DNA of 64,000 bases from Planctomycetota bacterium. GTDB lineage: Bacteria > Planctomycetota > MHYJ01 > WSZJ01. A program made the translations under genes and the position numbers. Numbering within the stretch: position 1 is the stretch's first letter; each line of letters starts with the position of its first letter. The notes beneath the pieces were generated by a model. That model ran no database searches. It was not told the DNA's origin and worked only from the letters and a program-made list of their open reading frames with translations. The stretch spans positions 1 through 64,000 of the forward strand of contig JBBTCT010000007.1 in assembly GCA_038060895.1 (NCBI GenBank), read 5' to 3'. Below, one piece after another: positions 1 to 7,920 of the stretch.

Positions 1-47
1 GGGGGGGGGGGGGGGCCCTCCGCGCGCGATCCCCACGGAGAAGAGCG

Positions 48-2099
48 ATGGGAAACAGGAAGAAATTCGCGGCGCCTTCATGCGTCGAAAGAATGGCCCG
101 CGCGGCTGCGGAAGATCAGGCCGGGAGGCGGCCCGCACAGTGGCTTCTTCGCAGCCCGGCCTGGGCCACGGCGCTCGCAATGCACATCGTCGCGGCAGTC
201 GTTCTCATGAACATCGTCCACTTCACGTCACGCCCCGGCGTCGGCCAGGTCTTCCGCCTGTCCTTCAGCGCTTCACGCCCCGGCCCGCCCGGCGGCGCAA
301 AACAGGGAGAAGAGGACAACGGCGTGAACGGGAAGCACAACGAGGACTCCCCTGCCGCAGGGAAGCTCGACCCCGCTGACCCGGCGCCCACAGGCGTTCG
401 CTCCGACCTCCCGCCGATCCTGCCCACCGCCTCCACGGTGAATCTCCCCGGAAGCCTCCCGACTCCCGGAATCGGCGTCTCCGGATTCGATGGCGCCAGC
501 GGCCTCTTCGCAGGCCGCGGCGGCGCAGGGCGCGGCGACGCGCTGAAGCGCTTCGGCGGCGACGGCACGACGGAGCAGGCGGTGAACGACGGGCTGGAAT
601 GGCTCGCCGCGCATCAGGAGCAGAACGGAAGCTGGGATCCCGCGACGATGTCGCGGCACTGCCCGAAGAAGGGCGCGTGCGATGGTGGCGGCTTCCAGGC
701 GCCTTACGGCGGCGCGTGCACCGGCCTCGCGACGCTGGCGTTTCTCGGCGCAGGCCACGTCCCCGGCGATCCGAATTCGAAGCATGCAGAGGTCGTCCAG
801 CGGTCGCTCACCTGGCTCGTCGCGTCGCAGGACAAGTTCGGCTCCCTCGACCCGCAATTCGCCGGGTACATGTACACGCACGGCATCTGCGCGTTCGCGC
901 TCTGCGAGGCGTACGCGCTCACGCAGGATCCGGCGCTTCGCAAGGCCGCGCAGGCCGCGGTTTCATTCACGGTCGAGGCGCAGCAGTCGAGCGGCGGCTG
1001 GGACTACATGGCGTACCCTTCGGGCCGAAGCGACACCTCAATTTCTTCCTGGTGCGTGATGGCGCTTCGAAGCGCCCGCGCGGGCCGGCTCGCGGTGCCG
1101 GAGAAGGCGTGGAAGAACGCCATTGCGTTCACGAACCGGGCGCTGAACCTCGAGACCGGGAACATTGCCTACGCGGTTTCGGGAGTCGAAGGGCACTGGG
1201 GGACGCAGCCGGGCTGCAACACGATGACGGCCGCCGGGCTTGCGACGCGGCAATATCTCGGAGTGAGGGAAGATCCCCAGGTCCTGCAAAGGCTGCTCGC
1301 GCGGATCGAGGGCGTTCCGCCGCGCTACGACGGTGAAGTCGGCCAGTGCCCGACATGGGGCTCGGGGGGCGACGCGAACACGTGCAAGCACTGGTCGCTC
1401 TACTACACCTACAACGCGACGCTCGCCTGTTTCCACGCCGGCGGCCAGGCCTGGGACCGCTGGAACCCGAGGATGCGTGAGTGCACGCTGAAGACGCAGT
1501 CGAAGTCGGGGCATGCCAAAGGCTCCTGGGCGCCCGTGACGATGGACGGCGCCACTGCGGGCCGGATCTATGCGACCGCGATGAACGTCATGAACCTCGA
1601 GGTCTACTACCGCTACCTCCCCTGCTACCAGAAGGGCGCCGAGGACGTCCTCGGCCCGCTCCTCTCCGACGCCGACTGGGCTCCGGTCGCCGCGCGGACG
1701 CCGTCCTTCCGCGCGGGCTGGAAAGGACAGGTCTGGGGCGGCGGCGCCGTGGACCCGAAGACGATCGCCGAGAAGATCGAGCTTCTGAAGTCGGCGAACA
1801 TGATGGAGCGCCGGGAAGCGGTAAAGGCGCTGCAGTACTGCAAGGACGAGAAGGTGCTTCCGTCGCTCATCGCCGCGGCGCGCTCAGAGAAAACGAGCCT
1901 TCGCGTCCTCATGATCGAGACTCTCGCGACGCTCGGCGAAGCGGACGCTTCGATCGACTTCCTCATCGAGGAACTGCGCAACGAAAAGGCCGAGCCCCGC
2001 AAAGCCGCGCTCGTCGTTCTGCGCAAGTTCACCGGCCAGTGGTTCGGTGAAGACGCGGGAAAGTGGGAAGCGTGGCGAAAGGGAGCGAAACCGAAATAG
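48..2099 (+). CDS. Membrane-anchored prenyltransferase/squalene-oxidase-repeat protein with C-terminal HEAT repeat
   Basis: N-terminal hydrophobic helix and Gly/Pro linker. Repeated QW-like motifs (GLEWLAAHQEQNGSW, LTWLVASQDKFG, AQQSSGGWDY); 'GRIYATAMNVMNLEVYYRYLP'; HEAT tail ending 'FTGQWFGEDAGKWEAW'. Confidence 0.8.
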   Translation: MGNRKKFAAPSCVERMARAAAEDQAGRRPAQWLLRSPAWATALAMHIVAAVVLMNIVHFTSRPGVGQVFRLSFSASRPGPPGGAKQGEEDNGVNGKHNEDSPAAGKLDPADPAPTGVRSDLPPILPTASTVNLPGSLPTPGIGVSGFDGASGLFAGRGGAGRGDALKRFGGDGTTEQAVNDGLEWLAAHQEQNGSWDPATMSRHCPKKGACDGGGFQAPYGGACTGLATLAFLGAGHVPGDPNSKHAEVVQRSLTWLVASQDKFGSLDPQFAGYMYTHGICAFALCEAYALTQDPALRKAAQAAVSFTVEAQQSSGGWDYMAYPSGRSDTSISSWCVMALRSARAGRLAVPEKAWKNAIAFTNRALNLETGNIAYAVSGVEGHWGTQPGCNTMTAAGLATRQYLGVREDPQVLQRLLARIEGVPPRYDGEVGQCPTWGSGGDANTCKHWSLYYTYNATLACFHAGGQAWDRWNPRMRECTLKTQSKSGHAKGSWAPVTMDGATAGRIYATAMNVMNLEVYYRYLPCYQKGAEDVLGPLLSDADWAPVAARTPSFRAGWKGQVWGGGAVDPKTIAEKIELLKSANMMERREAVKALQYCKDEKVLPSLIAAARSEKTSLRVLMIETLATLGEADASIDFLIEELRNEKAEPRKAALVVLRKFTGQWFGEDAGKWEAWRKGAKPK

Positions 2100-2100
2100 C

Positions 2101-2517
2101 TCAGTCGGTCGAACGCAATCCCAGGTCGGAAGCGCTGATGATCCCCGCGATCTTCCCCTGGGCGTCCTGCACGAGGACGCGATGCGTCTTGTGCTGCCGC
2201 ATCGCCTTTCGGCACTCCTCCAGCGTCGCTTCCGGCCTGACGGACTGGATGTGCGGCGTCATCAGGTCGGCAACGCGCTCCCGGCCGGGGTCCGCCGGCT
2301 TGACTCCACCTCCGGCGATCAAGGTTGGATCCAGGAAGTACTTGGCCATGTCCCGGAACGTGAAAACCCCGACAGGCTTTCCGGACGCGTCCACAACCGG
2401 CACGCCCGACAACCGGTAGTCGAGCAGAAACCGCGCGGCATCGATCACGTTGGAGTCGCGGGACAGAGTCTTCACAGGCTGGCTCATCACGTCGCGGGCA
2501 GTGTGGGGTGAACTCAC
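2101..2517 (-). CDS. CBS-domain pair protein
   Basis: 'ARDVMSQPV...SGVPVVDASGKPVGVFT' and 'VADLMTP...RVLVQDAQGKIAGIISASDL'; GGAGG SD before the GTG start. Confidence 0.9.
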   Translation of the reverse strand: MSSPHTARDVMSQPVKTLSRDSNVIDAARFLLDYRLSGVPVVDASGKPVGVFTFRDMAKYFLDPTLIAGGGVKPADPGRERVADLMTPHIQSVRPEATLEECRKAMRQHKTHRVLVQDAQGKIAGIISASDLGLRSTD

Positions 2518-2590
2518 GGATTCCTCCTTGCGCGTTCGCCCGGTGGCGGATCGGGCGCTCGGCGCACCCTGATCTTAACTGCTTCCGTCG

Positions 2591-3574
2591 CTACAACCCG
2601 ACCGCTTTCCGGACTTCAATCATCGTTTCCCGCGCGACTTTCCGGGCCTTTTCCGCCCCGACCCTCAGAGCCGCCTCGACCTCCTCCGACGTCAGCGCCG
2701 CCCGCCGCTTCCGCGCGTCCGCGAAGTGCTCCAGGATGAGGTCCGCGAGCCGCTTCTTCACGTCGCCGTACCCGAGCCCGCCGGAGCGATAGCGTGCGGC
2801 CATGGCGTCGCGCTCTTCCGGCTTCGCGAACAGCTTGAAGAGCGCGAAGAGGTTGCACGTGTCGGGGTCCTTCACGTCCGCGACTCCCTTCGAGTCGGTC
2901 TTGATCGACATGACTTTCTTGCGAAGCGCCTTCTCATCCTCGAACGGCTCGATCGTGTTGCCGTAGGACTTGGACATCTTCTGGCCGTCCACGCCGGGCA
3001 CGGCCGCGACGTCGGCCAGGATGCGCTCCTCGGGCAGGGGAAATACGTTCCCGTGCGTGTTGTTGAACTTGATCGCGATGTCGCGCGCGACCTCGACGTG
3101 CTGTTTCTGGTCGGCGCCGACCGGCACCGTCGTGGACTTCACGATGAGGATGTCCGCCGCCATCAGGACGGGGTAGGCGAACAGCCCGTGGTCCGCGGGG
3201 ATTCCCTTTTCCACCTTGTCCTTGTACGAAACGCAGCGCTCGAGCAGCCCCATCGGCGTCACCGTCGTCAGGATCCAGGAAAGCTCGCAAACTTCGGGGA
3301 CGTCGCTCTGGCGGTAGAAAGCGCACTTCGAAGGGTCGAGCCCAAGCGCCAGGTAGTCTCGCGCAAGGCCGTCCGTGTATTCCGCCAACTGCCCGCGGTC
3401 CCGAATGGACGTCATCGCGTGGTAATTCGCGATGAAAATGAACGCGTCGGAGCTGCGCGACAGTTCGATGTTCTGTCTCATCGCGCCGAAATAATTACCG
3501 ATATGCGGCCGCCCCGAGGGCTGGACGCCCGAGAGGATGCGCATCGGAACGGACGGTTTGGCTGGGTCTCCCAT
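2591..3574 (-). CDS. trpS: Tryptophanyl-tRNA synthetase (alternative start ATG at 3544)
   Basis: SGVQPSG, HIGN, YPVLMAADIL, VPVGADQKQH and KMSKS motifs. Confidence 0.97.
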   Translation of the reverse strand: MGDPAKPSVPMRILSGVQPSGRPHIGNYFGAMRQNIELSRSSDAFIFIANYHAMTSIRDRGQLAEYTDGLARDYLALGLDPSKCAFYRQSDVPEVCELSWILTTVTPMGLLERCVSYKDKVEKGIPADHGLFAYPVLMAADILIVKSTTVPVGADQKQHVEVARDIAIKFNNTHGNVFPLPEERILADVAAVPGVDGQKMSKSYGNTIEPFEDEKALRKKVMSIKTDSKGVADVKDPDTCNLFALFKLFAKPEERDAMAARYRSGGLGYGDVKKRLADLILEHFADARKRRAALTSEEVEAALRVGAEKARKVARETMIEVRKAVGL

Positions 3575-3706
3575 GTTCTCTTTGTGACTCCGTCCGATTG
3601 ATCGCTCAACGCCGCGCCAGGTTCACGCCGCATTTTTGATCCCGATCCCCATCCCAATCCCCATCCCCCCCATTCCCTCTCCCGCCCTTCCCCATCCCCA
3701 GCCGTT

Positions 3707-4276
3707 TCACCTCACATCCACATACCCCACCTGCGCCACCTTCCCCTCCTCGATCTCCACCTCAACCTCCTTGAACCCCTCCGCCGCCGTCCCCACGACG
3801 AGCGTCCACTTCCCCGGAGGCAGCCGGTCAATCTGAAAATGCCCGTCCGCATTCGCGCGCGTGATGTACGACAACGCGCTCGACTTCTCGGTTCCCTTCC
3901 CCGGAATCGGCATCCAGACCTCGGCGCTGAACGGCTTCATGTCCTTCCGCGCTTCCCCGCGCGCCGCGCCCCCGGTCGAAAGGCGGGCGGTGACGCGCTC
4001 GTCGCCGTCGACGTCGAGTTCCATGGAAGCGGCACCGGAGCTGGAAACGACGAGGAGCCGGTAGGAGCCGCCTTTCACGGTTCCGGAAACGGTCGAGCTC
4101 TGGGCCGGCACGCCGCTCCAGGCGACCTTTCCCGTTCCCTCATCGAAGATCGCGAAATTGAAGCTGCTGGGGCTGCGGCCCATGGAGTCGAGGGCGGACA
4201 GGGTGACGATGCCGGGGTCGCGGGAGCCAGCGCAACCGGTCACTGCGAGGAGCGACATCAGGAGCAGGTTTCTCAT
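3707..4276 (-). CDS. Lipoprotein with carboxypeptidase-regulatory-like (prealbumin-like beta-sandwich) domain
   Basis: Lipobox 'LAVTGC'; 'TRANADGHFQIDRLPPGKWTLVV' pattern. Confidence 0.7.
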   Translation of the reverse strand: MRNLLLMSLLAVTGCAGSRDPGIVTLSALDSMGRSPSSFNFAIFDEGTGKVAWSGVPAQSSTVSGTVKGGSYRLLVVSSSGAASMELDVDGDERVTARLSTGGAARGEARKDMKPFSAEVWMPIPGKGTEKSSALSYITRANADGHFQIDRLPPGKWTLVVGTAAEGFKEVEVEIEEGKVAQVGYVDVR

Positions 4277-4282
4277 GCTGTG

Positions 4283-4311
4283 ATTCTGCCGCCGGGGCCG
4301 CGGAGTGACAA
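4283..4311 (-). promoter_or_regulatory. Sigma70-type promoter, probably leaderless, for the 3707-4276 gene
   Basis: Minus strand reads TTGTCA-17nt-CAGAAT-6nt-ATG. Confidence 0.55.
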
Positions 4312-4319
4312 AGGAAGTC

Positions 4320-4447
4320 GGTAGTGGGTAGTCAACAACCCGGCGACCGGGGCTTGTAATGAAAGAGCCCCGGACAAGGTCCGGGGCTCTGAGCTTTCGT
4401 TGCTTCGCCCTTCACTACCCACTACCTACTACCCCCTACCAACTATG
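4320..4447. repeat. Inverted 7-nt-period arrays flanking the terminator hairpin
   Basis: GGTAGTG GGTAGTC at 4320-4333 and CACTACC CACTACC TACTACC CCCTACC AACTATG at 4413-4447. Confidence 0.65.
4362..4390 (-). terminator. Rho-independent terminator of the BoxB-like gene
   Basis: Perfect 12-bp stem AGAGCCCCGGAC-aag-GTCCGGGGCTCT with a short U-run on the minus strand. Confidence 0.75.
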
Positions 4448-5689
4448 CCCGTTTCCGTTTTCGTGCGCCTTCTTGTACATGCCCTGGAACTTCGCGTAGT
4501 CGGGGCACTTGAGGTAGGTCGTCGGGAGCTGCGTCTCGAGATACTTGAAGTACGCGTCCTCTGCGACCGGCTTGCCGCCATCCGTGATCAGTTCGCCGCG
4601 GAGATTGAAAGGCTGAAGCGCGTACTCCGGCAGGCCGCGGCGGCGGAAGAACTTGTTTGACGGGAGGTAGACGATCTCGTCCGCGCCCACGCTGTCGACC
4701 TTGTTCCCCGTCTGGAGGATTTCGTTCACCACGCGGCGCGCGTCCTGCGGAGAGTGCTTCGGGTTGCGCGCGCAGACGATGCCGATGTTCACGTGCTCGA
4801 TGATCTGGCGCACTTCCTCGATGTACTCGCCCTGCGCCTGGCCGTTCGTCTTGTCCTTGAACCCGAACTCGACAGTGGTCGTCCCGCCGTGCTCGTTCCC
4901 GAACATCTCGAGGCCGCGCGGATACCACTGGTTGATGCAGCGCTGGATCTCGGGGAACGACCACTTCCCCTTTCCGTTGGCCGACTCGACGGAATACTCG
5001 CGAAGGAAGCGCTTGCCGGTCCCGAGGTGGAATCCTTCCTCGGAGAACATCGGCGCCATGGAGCGCGCCATCGGCGCGTAGGCGAAGACCTTCTGCATGT
5101 CGAGCTGGTACTTGCCGACGAGGTCGATGAGGGCGCCGAAGACGATGTTGTCGAGGAACTCGGTGAATTCGATGTTGAAGGCATCGAGGACGTGCTCGCC
5201 CGTCTTCATGGCGAGGAGTTCGTCCATGGTTTCGGCGGCGACGTCGCCCATTCCGAGTTTGCGCCAGGTGGCGTCGTGATCGAGGACCCAGAACATCTGG
5301 TACGCGTGGCGCAGTTCCTCGGCCATGATGCGGAGGACGCAGTACTTGGCTTCGTCGCCGGTGGCGGCCTCGAGGGAGATGCGGTGCTGCTGGACGGAGC
5401 CGAACTCGGTCGAGCACTGGGCCTTGATGATGTCGCGGGCGCTGAAGAACATGTTGCCGGACATCTTGCCGGCGAGCTCGAATTTCGGCTGTCCCGCGAA
5501 TTTGCCGTACTCGATCAGCTCGGATTTGATCTTCCCTACTTTCGCCATGAGGGCGAAGTTGGCCTGGCCGCCGAAGTAGGTGCTCCAGTTCTTCTCGAGG
5601 AGCTCGAGCTCGGGGAAGTTCTTCTTCTGCCAGTCGACGATGGCGGAGTGGTACCGGGGCTTGAGCATGTCGGTGGTGTAGGCGGCCAT
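4436..5689 (-). CDS. BoxB/PaaA-like ferritin-fold di-iron protein (ring-CoA epoxidase family)
   Basis: Di-iron ligand pattern: STEFGSVQQ, AEELRH, DLVGKYQL, EEGFHLGTG; also 'AYAPMARS' and 'IQRCINQWYPRGLEMFG'. Confidence 0.78.
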   Translation of the reverse strand: MAAYTTDMLKPRYHSAIVDWQKKNFPELELLEKNWSTYFGGQANFALMAKVGKIKSELIEYGKFAGQPKFELAGKMSGNMFFSARDIIKAQCSTEFGSVQQHRISLEAATGDEAKYCVLRIMAEELRHAYQMFWVLDHDATWRKLGMGDVAAETMDELLAMKTGEHVLDAFNIEFTEFLDNIVFGALIDLVGKYQLDMQKVFAYAPMARSMAPMFSEEGFHLGTGKRFLREYSVESANGKGKWSFPEIQRCINQWYPRGLEMFGNEHGGTTTVEFGFKDKTNGQAQGEYIEEVRQIIEHVNIGIVCARNPKHSPQDARRVVNEILQTGNKVDSVGADEIVYLPSNKFFRRRGLPEYALQPFNLRGELITDGGKPVAEDAYFKYLETQLPTTYLKCPDYAKFQGMYKKAHENGNGHSW

Positions 5690-5775
5690 GGTGGCGGTTC
5701 TCCCGGGAAGAGTGGTAGTGGAAGTGAGGAGGATTTTCCCGGGAGGGGGTGGCGGAGTGCAAGGGAAAGGTTGGG

Positions 5776-5798
5776 AAGTTGAGACTGGGTCTCAACTT
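5776..5798. promoter_or_regulatory. Palindromic operator, Fur-box-like
   Basis: Perfect 10-3-10 inverted repeat AAGTTGAGAC-TGG-GTCTCAACTT; its TTGAGA-N5-TCTCAA core has the geometry of TTGAGAATnATTCTCAA-type Fur boxes. Confidence 0.55.
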
Positions 5799-5822
5799 TG
5801 GCGGGGCGGACGGAGAACGGCT

Positions 5823-5864
5823 TAATATCAAATATCTAATACATAATAATTAATATATAATGGG
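5823..5864. repeat. AT-rich 7-nt-period tandem array
   Basis: TAATATC AAATATC TAATACA TAATAAT TAATATA TAATGGG in an otherwise GC-rich background. Confidence 0.75.
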
Positions 5865-5943
5865 CTCCCGAAGAAACGATGGTTCGTTTGTCCGGTTCGG
5901 TCCCGCCGAAACTCCCGGACGCTGCGAAATCCGCTGGACGCCC

Positions 5944-5971
5944 TTGACCTTTCGCCGCTTCTCCTTAGTCT
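5944..5971 (+). promoter_or_regulatory. Probable leaderless promoter of mqnC
   Basis: TTGACC-16nt-TAGTCT-6nt-ATG, with no SD sequence. Confidence 0.55.
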
Positions 5972-5977
5972 GGCTCC

Positions 5978-7105
5978 ATGAGCGTTGCGGACATCCTGAA
6001 GCAGGCGCGGAACGGCCGCCGGATCTCCCCGGCCGAAGCGCTGGAGCTCTACCGCGACGGCGAGTTCATTCACCTGGGCGCGGCGGCCAACGCCGTGCGG
6101 CGCGCGCAGAACGACCCCGCAACCGCCACCTACCTCGTCGACCGGAACATCAACTACACCAACGTCTGCATCACCGATTGCCTCTTCTGCGCGTTCTACC
6201 GCCCCCCGGGCCACAAGGAAGCCTACGTGCTGTCGCGGGAAGAGTTCGCGCAGAAAATCGAAGAGCTGCGGGCGATCGGGGGGACGCGCATCCTGCTCCA
6301 GGGCGGACACCACCCCGACCTGCGGATCGAGTGGTACGAGGACCTGCTGCGCTGGATGGGCGCGAAGTATCCGGACATCGAGGCGAACGCGTTCTCGCCG
6401 AGCGAGGTGACGCACATCGCCGAAGTGGAGAAGCTCCCGCTGGAAGTAGTCATCGCCCGTCTCGCCGCGGCGGGTCTCAAAGGGCTGCCAGGCGGCGGCG
6501 CCGAGATTCTGGACGACGATGTGCGCGCGGAGATTTCACCGAAGAAGCTGAAGACGGCAGGCTGGCTCGAGGCGATGCGCCTTGCCCACAAGCACGGACT
6601 CGCCACCAGCGCTTCGATGGTCATCGGCTTCGGCGAAACGTACGCACAGCGCGTCAACCACCTTCTGCGGCTGCGCGACCTGCAGGATGAGTCCCTCGCA
6701 AAACACGGCAACGGCTTCACCGCGTTCATCTCCTGGACGGCGCAGCTCGACACTGTCCCGATGAGCGGCCTGGTGCGCCGCAAGGGCTTGCGCCCCGCGG
6801 GCGCGCAGGAATACCTCCGCAACGTCGCCGTCGCCCGTCTCTTCCTCGACAATTTCCGGCACCACGGCGCTTCATGGCCCACGCAGGGCGTTGCGATCGC
6901 ACAGGTCGCGCTCAACGCCGGCTGCGACGACTACGGGTCGACCATGATGGAAGAAAACGTCGTCAGCCAGGCGGGGACGTCCACGATGAGTTCGATCATT
7001 GTCGAAGAGATGCAGGTGCAGATCAGGGAGGCGGGGTTTGTGCCGGCGCAGCGGGATACGCGGTACAGGATCCTGAAGAGGGCTGAGGTGGAAGCGGAGG
7101 CTTAG
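5978..7105 (+). CDS. mqnC: Cyclic dehypoxanthinyl futalosine synthase (radical SAM, futalosine menaquinone pathway)
   Basis: 'YLVDRNINYTNVCITDCLFCAFYR' (CxxxCxxC); LLQGGHHP; LPGGGAEIL; GFTAFISW; GSTMMEENVVSQAG. Confidence 0.92.
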   Translation: MSVADILKQARNGRRISPAEALELYRDGEFIHLGAAANAVRRAQNDPATATYLVDRNINYTNVCITDCLFCAFYRPPGHKEAYVLSREEFAQKIEELRAIGGTRILLQGGHHPDLRIEWYEDLLRWMGAKYPDIEANAFSPSEVTHIAEVEKLPLEVVIARLAAAGLKGLPGGGAEILDDDVRAEISPKKLKTAGWLEAMRLAHKHGLATSASMVIGFGETYAQRVNHLLRLRDLQDESLAKHGNGFTAFISWTAQLDTVPMSGLVRRKGLRPAGAQEYLRNVAVARLFLDNFRHHGASWPTQGVAIAQVALNAGCDDYGSTMMEENVVSQAGTSTMSSIIVEEMQVQIREAGFVPAQRDTRYRILKRAEVEAEA

Positions 7106-7111
7106 GGGGGC

Positions 7112-7219
7112 CGTATCCGCGGCTGTTTCCGCGAAATCTGGCTTTATCCGCGTATTCTGTTTCTTGAAGAAAAGAATTCGCGGATAAAAGCGAATCTCGC
7201 GGAAACGGCCGCGGATACG
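7112..7219. repeat. Long imperfect inverted repeat (about 108-nt hairpin)
   Basis: CGTATCCGCGGCTGTTTCCGCGA pairs with TCGCGGAAACGGCCGCGGATACG (one G-T); inner TTTATCCGCG/CGCGGATAAA and ATTCT/AGAAT also pair. Confidence 0.85.
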
Positions 7220-7275
7220 ACGTTTGAGGCCCGGAATTTCCCGAACTTTCCCCATCCGCCCGCGTCCAATCCACC

Positions 7276-7920
7276 ATGTTCCGACGCTTCTACATCGCCC
7301 TGCCCTTCGCCCTCGCGGCCTGCACCTCCGCGCCGCAGCCGCCGGCCGCTGCGGCCGACCCCCGGCTGCAGATCAAGATCCTCTACGTCCTCGAGGACGG
7401 CGGTGTCTTCCGGTACGACGAACTCGCCTCAGCCCCCGAACTGCGCAACTTCCGCGAGGTCCGGACGGAGAGCGACGCGGCTTTCACGCGCTACTCCTTC
7501 ACCCTGCACGCCGAAGGCCCGGATCACTGGTGGACGTCGTTGTGAATCGAAGGACGCACATGCAGCCTCGGTCCGAGGCGGACGGTGATCGTGAGGGACT
7601 CGGTGAACTACGTGATGAAGTACAGCGTCAGCGACACGGAATCGCTGCGAAAAGTCCACCTGTTCGTATGGGCGGAGCCATTCGACGGCGCGGCCGAAGC
7701 GCGCTCCGACTCGTTCAGCGTGCAGGATCTGCCGCCGGCCGAAGCGCGCAACCTGATCGGCGCTTTCCTTGCCGCAGCCCGCGCCCAGTCCTCGTCCCCC
7801 AACCCCGTTGCAGCGGCCGCCGCTTCCGACGCCGCCGCGCGGCTTCAGCACTTCCTCGAACTCGCGGAGCGGACCGCTTCTTCGTCCGCTTCAGCACTTC
7901 CCCCGGAGACGAACCGATGA
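7276..7920 (+). CDS. Lipoprotein with an in-frame TGA at 7543-7545 (candidate selenoprotein/readthrough, or nonsense-disrupted gene)
   Basis: Track ORFs 7276-7545 and 7585-7920 are the same frame separated only by one TGA (..WWTSL*IEGRTCSLG..). Lipobox 'LAAC'. The final stop overlaps the next ATG (ATGA at 7917-7920). Confidence 0.65.
7565..7579 (+). other. SECIS-like hairpin downstream of the in-frame TGA
   Basis: GCCTC-GGTCC-GAGGC; the loop G lies about 25 nt after the UGA, and the loop has GGUC as in the E. coli fdhF SECIS. Confidence 0.35.

Noticed and set aside
1-15. Poly-G run at the window start
   Set aside because: Cannot be distinguished from a sequencing or contig-edge artefact; no upstream context to test phase variation.
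48-2099. Annotation as squalene-hopene cyclase
   Set aside because: Lacks the DxDD catalytic motif and the two-domain SHC architecture; it has a TM anchor and HEAT tail instead.
3637-3700. ATCCCn hexamer run and the 66-aa 'IPIPIP' ORF (similar CCCTTG run at 10910-10937)
   Set aside because: Simple low-complexity intergenic repeat; the ORF is not credible.
7224-7916. N-terminal 231-aa extension of the DUF2330 ORF
   Set aside because: Low-complexity off-frame reading over the lipoprotein gene; the signal peptide begins at ATG 7917.
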